Below are positions 9,797-23,152 of a DNA stretch of 64,000 bases, in pieces; positions within the stretch are counted from its first letter, which is position 1; every line of letters starts with the position of its first letter. This stretch comes from an uncultured delta proteobacterium (GTDB lineage Bacteria; Myxococcota; Myxococcia; Myxococcales; Myxococcaceae). The stretch is from NCBI GenBank assembly GCA_963796055.1, contig CAWCKH010000004.1, forward strand, positions 2,720,001 to 2,784,000, written 5' to 3'. The notes under the pieces were generated by a model. The model saw nothing but the letters and a program-made list of their open reading frames with translations, ran no database searches and was not told the DNA's origin. The translations under genes and the position numbers were made by a program.

Positions 9797-11088
9797 CCGC
9801 GCCGACGCCCGTCGACGCGGTGCGCTCGGTCCGGCCCTTCCGGCTGACCGGCCGGGTGGAGCTGGTGCGCGGCCTGCTCCTCGAGGCCACGCTTCCGGGC
9901 GCCCGGGTCGGAGAGGTGGCGACCATCACCGATGCCCGGACGCACGTGCTCGCCGAGGTGGTGGGGTTCGCGGGCTCGCGGGTCCAGCTCCTCCCGCTCG
10001 GCAGCGCCACCGGCCTGGGCGAGGGCGCGGAGGTGGCGAGCCGGGGGGAGGCGCTCACCATCGGAGTGGGACCGGGGCTCGTGGGGCGGGTGCTCGACGG
10101 CCTCGGCCGCCCCATGGATGGCAAGCCTCCGCCTCCCGGCCTGGTGCACTGGTCGGTGGACCGGCCGTGCCCCGAGCCGTTTCGCCGTGCTCGGGTGGAC
10201 CTGCCGCTCCCGCTCGGGGTCCGCGCCATCGACGGGTTGTGCACGGTGGGGCGCGGGCAGCGGCTCGGTCTGTTCGCCGGTGCAGGGGTGGGGAAGTCCA
10301 CCCTCCTGGGCCAGATGGTGCGGCACACCCGGGCGGAGGTGACGGTGGTGGCGCTCGTCGGCGAGCGTGGGCGCGAGCTCCGCGAGTTCGTGGAGGACGC
10401 CCTCGGTCCTCGGGGCCTCGCGCGCAGCGTGGTGGTGTGCGCGACCTCGGACGCGCCGGCGCTGGTACGGCTCCGCGCGGGCTTCGTCGCCACGGCGATC
10501 GCCGAGTGGTTCCGCGAGCAGGGAGGCAACGTGCTCTTCCTCCTCGACTCGGTGACCCGGCTGGCCCGGGCGCAGCGCGAGGTGGGTCTCGCGGCCGGCG
10601 AGCCGCCCGCACGGCAGGGCTACCCGCCGTCCGTCTTCTCGATGCTCCCGCGGCTCCTCGAACGGACGGGAAACTCGGCCGGCGGACACTGCACCGCGCT
10701 CTACGCCTGCCTGGTCGCGGGCGACGACATGGAGGACCCCATCGCCGACGAGGTGCGCGGCATCCTCGACGGGCACGTGGTGCTCGATCGGCGCATCGCC
10801 GAGCGCGGGCGCTGGCCGGCAGTGGACGTGCTCGCCTCGCTGTCGCGGGTCATGCCGCAGGTCACCACCGAGGAGCACCGGCGGCTCGCGGCGCGGTTCC
10901 GGGAACTGCTCGCGGCCTATGAGCAACGGCGGGACCTCATCCTCCTCGGCGCCTACGCGCCCGGGAGGGATCCGCTGACCGACGAGGCCATCGCCCGTCA
11001 GCCGGCGCTGGAGGCGTTCCTGGCGCAGGGACGGAACGAGCCGGCCGGGAAGCTGCTGGAGCGGATGCGGAAGGCGGTGGAGGGATGA
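9793..11088 (+). CDS. sctN: FliI/SctN-family type III secretion ATPase
   Basis: GQRLGLFAGAGVGKSTLL (Walker A), GERGRE, LLDSVTRLARAQREVGLAAGEPP..QGYPPSVF, DPIADEVRGILDGH. Start ATG 9793 overlaps the sctL stop. Confidence 0.95.
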   Translation: MTAPTPVDAVRSVRPFRLTGRVELVRGLLLEATLPGARVGEVATITDARTHVLAEVVGFAGSRVQLLPLGSATGLGEGAEVASRGEALTIGVGPGLVGRVLDGLGRPMDGKPPPPGLVHWSVDRPCPEPFRRARVDLPLPLGVRAIDGLCTVGRGQRLGLFAGAGVGKSTLLGQMVRHTRAEVTVVALVGERGRELREFVEDALGPRGLARSVVVCATSDAPALVRLRAGFVATAIAEWFREQGGNVLFLLDSVTRLARAQREVGLAAGEPPARQGYPPSVFSMLPRLLERTGNSAGGHCTALYACLVAGDDMEDPIADEVRGILDGHVVLDRRIAERGRWPAVDVLASLSRVMPQVTTEEHRRLAARFRELLAAYEQRRDLILLGAYAPGRDPLTDEAIARQPALEAFLAQGRNEPAGKLLERMRKAVEG

Positions 11089-11558
11089 GTGCCCTGCGTA
11101 CGCTCCGGCGGATCAGGACGGAGGCGCGCGACGGTACCCAGGAGGCCTTCGCCCGCCGGCTCTCGGAGCTGCGCCTCGCCGAGGAGCTGCTGCGGCGGGC
11201 GACCGCACGGTGGCAATCGCAGCGGGACCGTGTCACCGGCCGTGCCGAGGCACGGCTCTCGGTGCTCGGGGCGGGGGAGGCTGCGGGGAGCGCGGTTCTC
11301 CACGCCCGGCACGAGTCACGGCTTCGCAAGGAGCTGGAGACCCTCGCCTTCGGGCGGGACGTGGCACGCCGGGAGCTCACCATGCGATCGACCCGGAGGG
11401 ACGAGGCGCACGATGCCCTGGAGCGCGCCGAGGCCAGCCTGGCAGTGCTGGAACGGCTGATCGAGCGGCGGGAAGAAGAAGCACGGAGTCGGCGGCTCCG
11501 GCGCGAGGAGCAGCTGCTCGAGGCGCATCCGAGCGGTGGGGTGCAGGGGATCGGCTGA
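11085..11558 (+). CDS. sctO: FliJ/SctO-like coiled-coil stalk protein
   Basis: 157-aa coiled coil starting LRTLRRIR and ending RRLRREEQLLE, directly after the ATPase with an ATGA overlap. Size and position are typical of FliJ/SctO. Confidence 0.7.
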   Translation: MSALRTLRRIRTEARDGTQEAFARRLSELRLAEELLRRATARWQSQRDRVTGRAEARLSVLGAGEAAGSAVLHARHESRLRKELETLAFGRDVARRELTMRSTRRDEAHDALERAEASLAVLERLIERREEEARSRRLRREEQLLEAHPSGGVQGIG

Positions 11559-11624
11559 GCGTCGCCTCGGCTCGATGGCGTACCCCCTCTCCTCGAGGCT
11601 GAGGTTCGGCCCGTCCCTGTCGGC

Positions 11625-12113
11625 TCAGACTCGCAGCACTCCCGCCCGCAGCGGCGGGAGGTAGTTCAGGCTGCTCACGGCCAGCGCGGCTCCGATCGCG
11701 AGGTTGACCATTCCCCGCCACAGCGGCGGCACACCCCCGAGCGTCATCCCGAGGCTCAAGGCGGTCATCAGCCCGATCACCACCCAGCTCCGCATCCCGT
11801 AGACGTGGATGGGCCGGCGGTCCTCGGTCAGCGCGGCGAGCCGGTCGACGTTGCGCCGTGCGGTCTTGCGAAGGATGAACCGGCCCTTGGCCACGCCCAG
11901 CGCCAGCGCCGCGATCGCCAGGGCGGCCACCAGGGTGGATGCCGACGCTCCCCTGGACGCCTGGAGCAGGCGCGCGGTGCCGAGCGACAGCAGCACCAGC
12001 CCACCGAGCATCCACAGTCCGAAGGCGAGCCATCCGAGCGAACGCGGAGCGAGCCGGACCGGAAGGGCCAGCAGCACCACCACGACGAACGGCATGATCG
12101 GCAGCGCGGGCAT
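11625..12113 (-). CDS. Hypothetical integral membrane protein
   Basis: 162 aa with 4-5 hydrophobic segments, GGAGG RBS, just downstream of rho. Confidence 0.65.
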   Translation of the reverse strand: MPALPIMPFVVVVLLALPVRLAPRSLGWLAFGLWMLGGLVLLSLGTARLLQASRGASASTLVAALAIAALALGVAKGRFILRKTARRNVDRLAALTEDRRPIHVYGMRSWVVIGLMTALSLGMTLGGVPPLWRGMVNLAIGAALAVSSLNYLPPLRAGVLRV

Positions 12114-12129
12114 CGCCCTCCCTCCAGGG

Positions 12130-13635
12130 CTACAGCTCGTCGAGGAACTCGTCGTTGTAGGTGTAGCGCGACAGCCGCTTCACCAGCGCCTCCATCGCCT
12201 CCACCGGCTTCACGCTGAAGAGCATCTGCCGGAGCTTCTTCACCTTCTCGTACTCCTTCTGGGTGAAGAGCTTCTCCTCCTTCCGCGTACCCGACTGGGG
12301 GATGTTGATCGCCGGGAAGATGCGCTTCTCGGCCAGGAGCCGGTCGAGGGTGATCTCGCTGTTCCCGGTGCCCTTGAACTCCTCGAAGATCACCTCGTCC
12401 ATCCGGCTTCCGGTGTCGATGAGCGCGGTGCCGACGATGGTCAGCGAGCCAGCCTCCTCGGTGGCCCGCGCGGCGCCGAAGATGCGCTTGGGGCGCTCCA
12501 GGGCACGGCTGTCCACGCCGCCGGTGAGGGTGCGGCCCGAGCTGTCGACCTCCTTGTTGAAGGCCCGCGCCAGCCGGGTGATGGAGTCGAGGAGGATCAT
12601 CACGTCCTTTCCGCTCTCCACCATGCGGCGGGCCCGCTCCAGCGCCAGCTCGGCCACCTTCAGATGGTCACCGGTGGGCCGGTCGTTGCTCGAGGCCAGC
12701 ACCTCGGCCTTGATGCTCCGGCGCATGTCGGTGACCTCCTCGGGACGCTCGTCGACCAGGAGCACCATCACGTGCATCTCGGGATGGTTGGTGAGCACCG
12801 CCTGGGCAATGCGCTGGAGCATGATGGTCTTGCCGGCCTTGGGCGGGGAGACGATCAGCGCCCGCTGGCCCTTGCCCAGCGGGGCGATGAGGTCCAGCAC
12901 CCGGGTCACCATCTCCTTGGGCCCGTGCTCGAGCCGGATGCGCTCCACCGGGTCGATGCTGGTGAGGTCGTTGAAGTGGGGGAGCCGCGGCGCACCCTCC
13001 ACCGGGCGGCCGTCGACGGTCTCCACGCGCTGGACCAGGCCCTTCTGTCCGCGCATCTGGGCCATGGCAGTCACGTACTGGCCCTGCCGGAGCCGGAGCT
13101 TTTGCACCAGGTTCTTGGGGAGCTCGGCGTCCTCGGGACCGGGCAGGAGGTTCCGGCGGATCTGCCGCAGGAACGCGTTGGGGCCCTTGGCCTCGGTGTC
13201 GAGCACGCCCTCCACGGCCACCAGATTCGGCTGGGCCTGGACCGGAGGCGGCCGGGGGGCGCCGGCCGGCGCCTGCTGCCCGGGCTGTGGCTGCTGCTGC
13301 TGGCGCGCCTGCCACTGCTGCAGCTCCTGAGGGGTGAGGAAGACCTGGTTCTGCTGGCCGTCCGGGCCGGTGAGCATCCGGTAGGCCTGGCCCTCGGGAG
13401 TGAAGAGGACCGGAGCGCCGCGTCCGCGGCGGCGGCGGCGGCGGCGGCGGCGGCCGGGGCCGGGCCCCTGGCCAGGAACCGGGGCGGGACCTCCGCCCGG
13501 GCCGGCGGTCGCGCCAGGAGCCGTCTCGGGCTCGTCGGGACCGTCGTCCGCGCCGTCGTCTCCGTCGGCTTCGGGAGCCTCGGGCGCACCGGCCGGGGCG
13601 GGGAGGCTGTCGAGGGTGTCGTTGTCGTTGCTCAT
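12130..13635 (-). CDS. rho: Transcription termination factor Rho, divergent N-terminus
   Basis: APLGKGQRALIVSPPKAGKT, LLVDERPEEVTDM, LLDSITRLARAFN, GRTLTGG, EEFKGTGNSEI, RIFPAINIPQSGTRKEEKL. Confidence 0.96.
   Translation of the reverse strand: MSNDNDTLDSLPAPAGAPEAPEADGDDGADDGPDEPETAPGATAGPGGGPAPVPGQGPGPGRRRRRRRRRGRGAPVLFTPEGQAYRMLTGPDGQQNQVFLTPQELQQWQARQQQQPQPGQQAPAGAPRPPPVQAQPNLVAVEGVLDTEAKGPNAFLRQIRRNLLPGPEDAELPKNLVQKLRLRQGQYVTAMAQMRGQKGLVQRVETVDGRPVEGAPRLPHFNDLTSIDPVERIRLEHGPKEMVTRVLDLIAPLGKGQRALIVSPPKAGKTIMLQRIAQAVLTNHPEMHVMVLLVDERPEEVTDMRRSIKAEVLASSNDRPTGDHLKVAELALERARRMVESGKDVMILLDSITRLARAFNKEVDSSGRTLTGGVDSRALERPKRIFGAARATEEAGSLTIVGTALIDTGSRMDEVIFEEFKGTGNSEITLDRLLAEKRIFPAINIPQSGTRKEEKLFTQKEYEKVKKLRQMLFSVKPVEAMEALVKRLSRYTYNDEFLDEL
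13426..13452. repeat. (GCG)9 trinucleotide run encoding nine Arg in the Rho N-terminus
   Basis: 27-nt perfect triplet repeat read directly from the sequence. Confidence 0.85.
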
Positions 13636-13819
13636 CCAGTGCTCACGGGGGGTGAGAGGCGAGGCGGAGGACAGGGCGAGAGCACGGATGCGCTCACGAG
13701 CCCCGATCGTTCCGGCAAGCCCCGGAGTGGGTCCCCATCGGCCAGCCCGGGAAGTGGGCCCGACCCGACGGAGACGCCATCCTTATAGCAGGGATGCGCC
13801 CGGGCTGCAGCCGAAGCCG

Positions 13820-16291
13820 CTACTGCACCCGCAGCTCGAACGGCAGCGCCGCCTTCATCCCCGGCTCGAGGAGGAAGAGCGAGGGAAGCCCGACTTCCCG
13901 GGCCAGGCGTTGCAACGCATCGGGTTCCGGGGCTGCCCGCTCTCCGCCGATGCCGAGCTGCGTGAGAACTCCGTTCTCTGCGGCCAGCGCCGCGAACAGG
14001 CCCACCGGCCCGCCGTAGGTCACGAGCTGCAAGTCCTCGCCCTCCGGCACGCCCGCGCGGCGCCGGGCCTCGGCCACCGCCTCGGGCAGCCCCCCGAGCG
14101 CGTCGACCAGGCCGCGGGCGCGGGCGTCCTCGCCGGACCAGATGCGGCCGCGCGCCACCGCGTCCACGCGCGCCGGATCCATCTTCCGGCTCCGCGCCAC
14201 CTCGTTCACGAAGTCCTCGTAGAAGGCGTCCACCCAGCGCTGCGCCGCCGCCTGCTCCGCCGGCGTCCACGGGCGGTACAGCCCGAGGATGTCCGCGAGC
14301 GGCCCGCGCTTCAGCGTCTCGACGTTGACCCCGATCTTCTTTCCCAGCCCTTCCAGGCCGGGCTTGAGGACGAAGACGCCGATGCTCCCGGTGAGCGTCG
14401 TCGGCTCGGCCAGCACCCAGTCGGCGCCCATCGCCGCGTAGTAGCCGCCCGACGCCGCGGCGCTGCCCATGGTCGCCACCACCGGCTTCCGCGCCCGGGC
14501 ACGCAGCACCGCCCGGTACATGATGTCCGAGGCGAGCCCGTCGCCGCCGCCGCTGTCCACCCGGACCACGATCGCCGCGACCCGCGGGTCGCTCTCCGCA
14601 TCCCGGAGCGCCCGCTGGACGGTCTCGGCGCCGGCAGACCGGGAGAAGCCGAACGGGTCGCTGCGGCTCCGGCCGGCGGTGATGGTGCCGATGACCGGGA
14701 CCACCGCGACGCGCCGCGGCTCTCCCCAGCGACGCTCGGGCGGAGGCGGCCAGTAGGTGCCCACCCAGCGGCCGTCCGGCACCAGCGCGGCGCCGGCGCG
14801 ATCGAGCTGCGCCGGGTCCACCACGTCGTCGGCGAGCTTCTCCCGCACTGCCATCCGAGGCGGTAGCAGCCCCTCCTCGAGCACCTTGCGAAAGCGCTCC
14901 GCGGGCAAGGTGCGGGACTGGGCGACCAGGCCCTCGTAGCGGCGGGACTCGGCGTCGAGGAAGGCGTCCAGCGACTCGCGCTGCTCGCGGCTCATGCTCG
15001 ATCGGGTGAGCGCGTCGGGCGCGTCCTTGTAGGGTCCCACCCGCGCGACGTCCCACTTGATGCCCAGCTTCTGCATCGTCTCCCCGAGGAAGATGGCGGT
15101 CGCCGAGAGGCCGTTCACCTCGAGGAACGATTGCGGCGACACCCAGATGCGGTCGGCGCCGGTGGCGATCAGGTACTCTTTGTCCCCTGCGGAGAGCAGC
15201 ATCACCGCCACGCGCTTGCCCCGCTGCCGGAGCCGGACCAGCGCGGCGCGGAGCTCCTCGGCCTGGGCCATCCCCACGGGCAGCCGCTCGATCTTCACCA
15301 CCAGGCCCGCCAGGGTGCGGTCCTCGCCCGCGCGCTCCAGGCGGCGGAGCAATCTCAGGTACGGATCCTCGCCACGGATGCCGAGCAGCCCCAGCGCCGA
15401 GTCACCCCCGGCCAGAGCGTCATCGAGGTCGATGAGCCCCACCCGGCCGCCGAACAGCTCCACCCCGCGGTAGCGCGAGGCCGAGAGGCGTGCGGAGACG
15501 AGGTGGTCCGTCCCGTTCGGTCCTCCACCGAGCGCGTAGCCCGCGCCGGCGTACGCGCCGTTCAGGGTGAGGGACACCTGCCAGAACCATGGCTCGCCCG
15601 CCTCGCGCCAGCTCTTGGTCACCGAGGTCCCCAGCACCACGCCTCTCACCACCTCGGCCTGGACCACCGCCCCGATGCGGCTCTGGTCGAGGGAGTTGAA
15701 CCCCGGGAACTGCCAGTTCGCGCCCAGGGTCAGCCAGTCGCCCCAGGGACGGAGGCCGAAGGCCAGCTCCCACGTGCGGGTGTGCGCCTCGTCGCCGATG
15801 TCCTTCAGAGCCAGGCCGAGTGCCAGCGAACGCATCGGCCGGCTGGAGAGGCCGAGGTCCCAGGTGTTCGGTCCAGGCGCGCTGCCGAGGTTGGGGGTGT
15901 AGACGTTGAAGCTCGTCCCGGCGCTCAGCCACTGCCCGCCGACGGAGAAGGTGTACGAGGTCTTCCGGTAGCCGCTGCGCTCCGTCCCCGCGTAGGGCCC
16001 GCGCACCCAGTCCAGCCCGACGCCGAAGCCCACCCAGTCGAAGAAGGTGCTACCGAAGTAGAGGCCGTCGACGATGGAGTCCAGGTGGAGGTTTCGCTCG
16101 TGCTGGTAGATGAGCATCGGGCCGCCGATGAACTGGAGGCCCGCGGGGTTCACCTCGGGAGCGGTGACCTCGTCGGCCAGCGCGGCGTTGGTGGGCGGAA
16201 GGGTCGGGCGGAGCTCGCCGATGGCCGAGGCCTGGGCGTACACCAGGCCGGGAACGAGCAGGAGGACGAGGGCGACGATCGGGCGAGTCAC
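13820..16291 (-). CDS. sppA: Signal peptide peptidase SppA (S49, tandem domains) with an N-terminal beta-barrel-like domain
   Basis: GPYKDA (Lys) and RVDSGGG...GSAAASGGYY...TLTGSIGV (Ser) motifs, ARGRIWSGEDA. GTG start at 16291 after GGAGG, then a cleavable signal peptide. Confidence 0.9.
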   Translation of the reverse strand: MTRPIVALVLLLVPGLVYAQASAIGELRPTLPPTNAALADEVTAPEVNPAGLQFIGGPMLIYQHERNLHLDSIVDGLYFGSTFFDWVGFGVGLDWVRGPYAGTERSGYRKTSYTFSVGGQWLSAGTSFNVYTPNLGSAPGPNTWDLGLSSRPMRSLALGLALKDIGDEAHTRTWELAFGLRPWGDWLTLGANWQFPGFNSLDQSRIGAVVQAEVVRGVVLGTSVTKSWREAGEPWFWQVSLTLNGAYAGAGYALGGGPNGTDHLVSARLSASRYRGVELFGGRVGLIDLDDALAGGDSALGLLGIRGEDPYLRLLRRLERAGEDRTLAGLVVKIERLPVGMAQAEELRAALVRLRQRGKRVAVMLLSAGDKEYLIATGADRIWVSPQSFLEVNGLSATAIFLGETMQKLGIKWDVARVGPYKDAPDALTRSSMSREQRESLDAFLDAESRRYEGLVAQSRTLPAERFRKVLEEGLLPPRMAVREKLADDVVDPAQLDRAGAALVPDGRWVGTYWPPPPERRWGEPRRVAVVPVIGTITAGRSRSDPFGFSRSAGAETVQRALRDAESDPRVAAIVVRVDSGGGDGLASDIMYRAVLRARARKPVVATMGSAAASGGYYAAMGADWVLAEPTTLTGSIGVFVLKPGLEGLGKKIGVNVETLKRGPLADILGLYRPWTPAEQAAAQRWVDAFYEDFVNEVARSRKMDPARVDAVARGRIWSGEDARARGLVDALGGLPEAVAEARRRAGVPEGEDLQLVTYGGPVGLFAALAAENGVLTQLGIGGERAAPEPDALQRLAREVGLPSLFLLEPGMKAALPFELRVQ

Positions 16292-16496
16292 CCCCACTGC
16301 TTCCTCCAGGTCCGGGGTTCCCGGCAGCAACAATGCGGCGGCTGGCAGCCGGTCCGACAGTGCTCGGCCGCCCACCGTTTCTTGCCAGGTGGGCCCCCGC
16401 CGTTAGGATGCCCTCGCTGCTGCAGGGTGCTACAGGGGAGAACTACGCGGATTTCCTCGCCTTCTTCCTCGGCAGGCGGGCGCCCGGAGCGAGGCG

Positions 16497-18863
<2,367 letters not shown>

Positions 18864-18865
18864 CC

Positions 18866-20814
<1,949 letters not shown>

Positions 20815-20818
<4 letters not shown>

Positions 20819-21267
20819 GCGGTGAGCGGCTGGCGCTGATCGGCCTGGACGCACCCGAGTACGCCCAGGAGCACGATCTGAGGTGGCGGATGCTGCGGAT
20901 GCCGCTCGGCCAGGAGCGCGACGCGGTGGCCTTCCCCTTCGAGGCCGAGAGCCTCCATCTGGTGGCGCTCGATGCGGGGAGGGTCGTCGGCTGCGTGCTG
21001 TTCCACCCCGAGGGGCCCGCGACCGGTCGCCTCTTCCAGATGGCCGTCGAGCCCGACCGGCAGGGGAGGGGGCTCGGAACGCGCCTGGTCCGCGCCCTCG
21101 AGGACGAGGTCCGCGCGCGTGGCTTCCGGGAGATCACTCTCCACGCGCGGGACACCGCGGTCGGGTTCTACGCCCGGCTGGGGTACGTGTCCTTTGGAAT
21201 GCCATACGTCGAGGTCGGAATTCCGCACCAGAACATGCGGCGCACTCTCGAGCCCCGGCAGGCCTGA
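20815..21267 (+). CDS. GNAT-family N-acetyltransferase (probable CTG start at 20815; first ATG is at 20890)
   Basis: [14 protein letters not shown] acetyl-CoA motif, [14 protein letters not shown]...GIPH. The family-like segment [17 protein letters not shown] begins upstream of the first ATG. Confidence 0.85.
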
Positions 21268-21324
21268 GGCCAGGCAACGTCAGCGGCTGCGAACGGTGAA
21301 ACGCCGGCCCCGCCCTCGCACTTC

Positions 21325-21451
21325 GTGAACGTGGGCGAATTCGAGCTCGGCACCGTGCTCGCGCTCGATGCAGGCCGGGTCTGGGCCCGCCTGGGCGACT
21401 CCGACGTGGGGCCGATCCACGTTCCATCTCGACTTCGGGGAGCTCTTCTGA
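21325..21451 (+). pseudogene. Possible short gene remnant with a +1 frameshift
   Basis: 32 codons with strongly G/C-ending codons (NVGEFELGTVLALDAGRVWARLGDSDVGPIH). The pattern continues one base over as HLDFGELF-stop. Family unknown. Confidence 0.25.
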
Positions 21452-21485
21452 GCTCCGGCTGCCGCGAGAGCTCGCAGAACGGAGG

Positions 21486-22193
21486 TCAGAGCCTCTCGCG
21501 GACGTTGGCGATGGCCATCAAGGTGAGATCCGCCGCCTTCCCGGAGGAGGCGGGGTTCTGTCCCGTGACCAGCCGCCCGTCGGCGATGGCGAACGGCTGG
21601 AAGCTCGGCCCGGTCTCGACCTTGGCGCCCAGCGACTCGAGCCGGGTCTGGAGGAGGAAGGGCACCGCCCTGGTCAGCCCCACGGCCTCCTCCTCGGCGT
21701 TGCTGAACGCGGTCACCCGGCGGCCGGCCACCACCGGGCGCCGATCCGAGTCCACGGCGCGCAACAGTCCGGCCGGACCGTGGCACACGGCGGCCACCAC
21801 GCGCCCGGAAGTCCAGGCCCGCGAGACGGCGCTGGCCAGGGCGAGGCTGATCGGGAAGTCGAACATCGTGCCGTGGCCACCGGGAAGGAAGACCGCGTCG
21901 AAGCGGGTCGAGTCCACCGACTCGATCGGGACCGAGCGGGTGAGCGTCCGCGCTGCGGCCGGATCCGCCAGGAACCGCTCCACCGCGGGCGCCTCGGGAC
22001 CAGTGGGAGGGGTCGAGCGCGGATCCACCGGAATCTTCCCGCCCTGGATCGAGGCCACGCTCACCTCGGCGCCGGCATTCGCGAATCGCAGGTAAGGGAC
22101 CGCGAGCTCCTCCAGCCACAGGCCGGTGGGCTTCTCCGTGTCCCCCATCACCGCGTGCGACGTCGTCACCATCAGGATCCTCGGTGCCACCAT
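21486..22193 (-). CDS. DJ-1/PfpI-family (type 1 glutamine amidotransferase-like) protein
   Basis: TGLWLEELAVPY, FLPGGHGTMFD, AAVCHGPAGL, TAFSNAEE, VTGQNPASS; GAGGAG RBS. Confidence 0.92.
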   Translation of the reverse strand: MVAPRILMVTTSHAVMGDTEKPTGLWLEELAVPYLRFANAGAEVSVASIQGGKIPVDPRSTPPTGPEAPAVERFLADPAAARTLTRSVPIESVDSTRFDAVFLPGGHGTMFDFPISLALASAVSRAWTSGRVVAAVCHGPAGLLRAVDSDRRPVVAGRRVTAFSNAEEEAVGLTRAVPFLLQTRLESLGAKVETGPSFQPFAIADGRLVTGQNPASSGKAADLTLMAIANVRERL

Positions 22194-22492
22194 CCGTGTT
22201 TCTCCTCGGCCGGGGAGGTAACGCCGGAGGCGCTCCCGCGCCCGGGACACCCACGCATCGCTGGAATCCCGCTGTCGGCGGTGCTGGCCATGCACCCGGC
22301 CAGCGCCAGTGGAACGAGCCATCGGCCACCCCCGAACAGCTTCGTCGGCAGTCGCATCGGAGGGCCTCCCCGAATCCTGGTACCCGCGAGGGCATTGTCG
22401 GTTAACCGTCGACCGGCAGGAAACCGGGGCGGGGAGGGCGCGGCGACCACGGGTGGTGGCACAATGCCTCCCCGGAGGTCGTCGGCCGGTCC

Positions 22493-23152
22493 ATGCCCGC
22501 TCAGCTCTTCCTGCACCAGCTCCAGCTCGGGCCGATGCAGAACTTCGTGTACCTGGTCGGGACCGAGGGGCAGCGCGATGTGGTGGTGATCGATCCGGCC
22601 TGGGACGTCGACGCGATCGAGAAGACCTGCGTCATCCACGGCAAGCGGCTGTGCGGGATTCTCCTCACCCACTCACACAAGGACCACACCAACGGGGTGG
22701 GGGAGCTGCTCGCCCGGCGCGACCTCCCGGTCTATGCCAACCGGACCGAGATCGAGTTCTCGGAGGATCTCCGGTCCTTTGCCGGCGCCCTCCAGCCGCT
22801 CACTCCCGGGGACCCGGTCCCGCTCGGCGGGGTCAGCGCGAAGGTCATCCATACCCCCGGCCACACTCCCGGCTCCCAGTGCCTGTACGCCGCGGACGCG
22901 CTCCTCTCCGGCGACACCCTGTTCGTCAACGGCTGCGGCCGCTGCGACCTGCGCGGTGGTGACCCGGGACAGATGTACGCCACGCTGTACCAGACGTTGC
23001 GCAAGCTGCCCGGTGGTACCCGCCTCTTCCCGGGGCACGACTACGGAGACGTCCCGGTCTCCTCGCTGGAGCGCGAGGCATCCCGCAATCCCTACTTCCA
23101 GCTCAAGGATTCGGCGTCGTTCGTCGCATACCGGATGCGGCCGCGGACCTGA
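22493..23152 (+). CDS. Metallo-beta-lactamase-fold hydrolase (glyoxalase II-like)
   Basis: THSHKDH, HTPGHTPG, SGDTLF..GCGR, FPGHDY. Confidence 0.92.
   Translation: MPAQLFLHQLQLGPMQNFVYLVGTEGQRDVVVIDPAWDVDAIEKTCVIHGKRLCGILLTHSHKDHTNGVGELLARRDLPVYANRTEIEFSEDLRSFAGALQPLTPGDPVPLGGVSAKVIHTPGHTPGSQCLYAADALLSGDTLFVNGCGRCDLRGGDPGQMYATLYQTLRKLPGGTRLFPGHDYGDVPVSSLEREASRNPYFQLKDSASFVAYRMRPRT

Noticed and set aside
9197..11558. Reading the three genes as F-type ATP synthase subunits or as proof of a flagellum
   Set aside because: ATPase motifs (AQREVGLAAGEPP, GYPPSVF) are FliI/SctN-type, and no atp or flagellar structural genes are present in the window.
13426..13452. (GCG)9 as a phase-variation tract
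   Set aside because: Triplet unit changes keep the frame, so it can only alter poly-Arg length.
21337..21354. GAATTCGAGCTCGGCACC resembles the pUC polylinker (EcoRI-SacI-KpnI)
   Set aside because: One mismatch, no further vector sequence on either side, and it reads as ordinary codons; treated as chance.
22399..22408. CGGTTAACCG palindrome between the divergent DJ-1 and MBL genes
   Set aside because: Only 10 bp, single copy, no regulator gene nearby; insufficient support.
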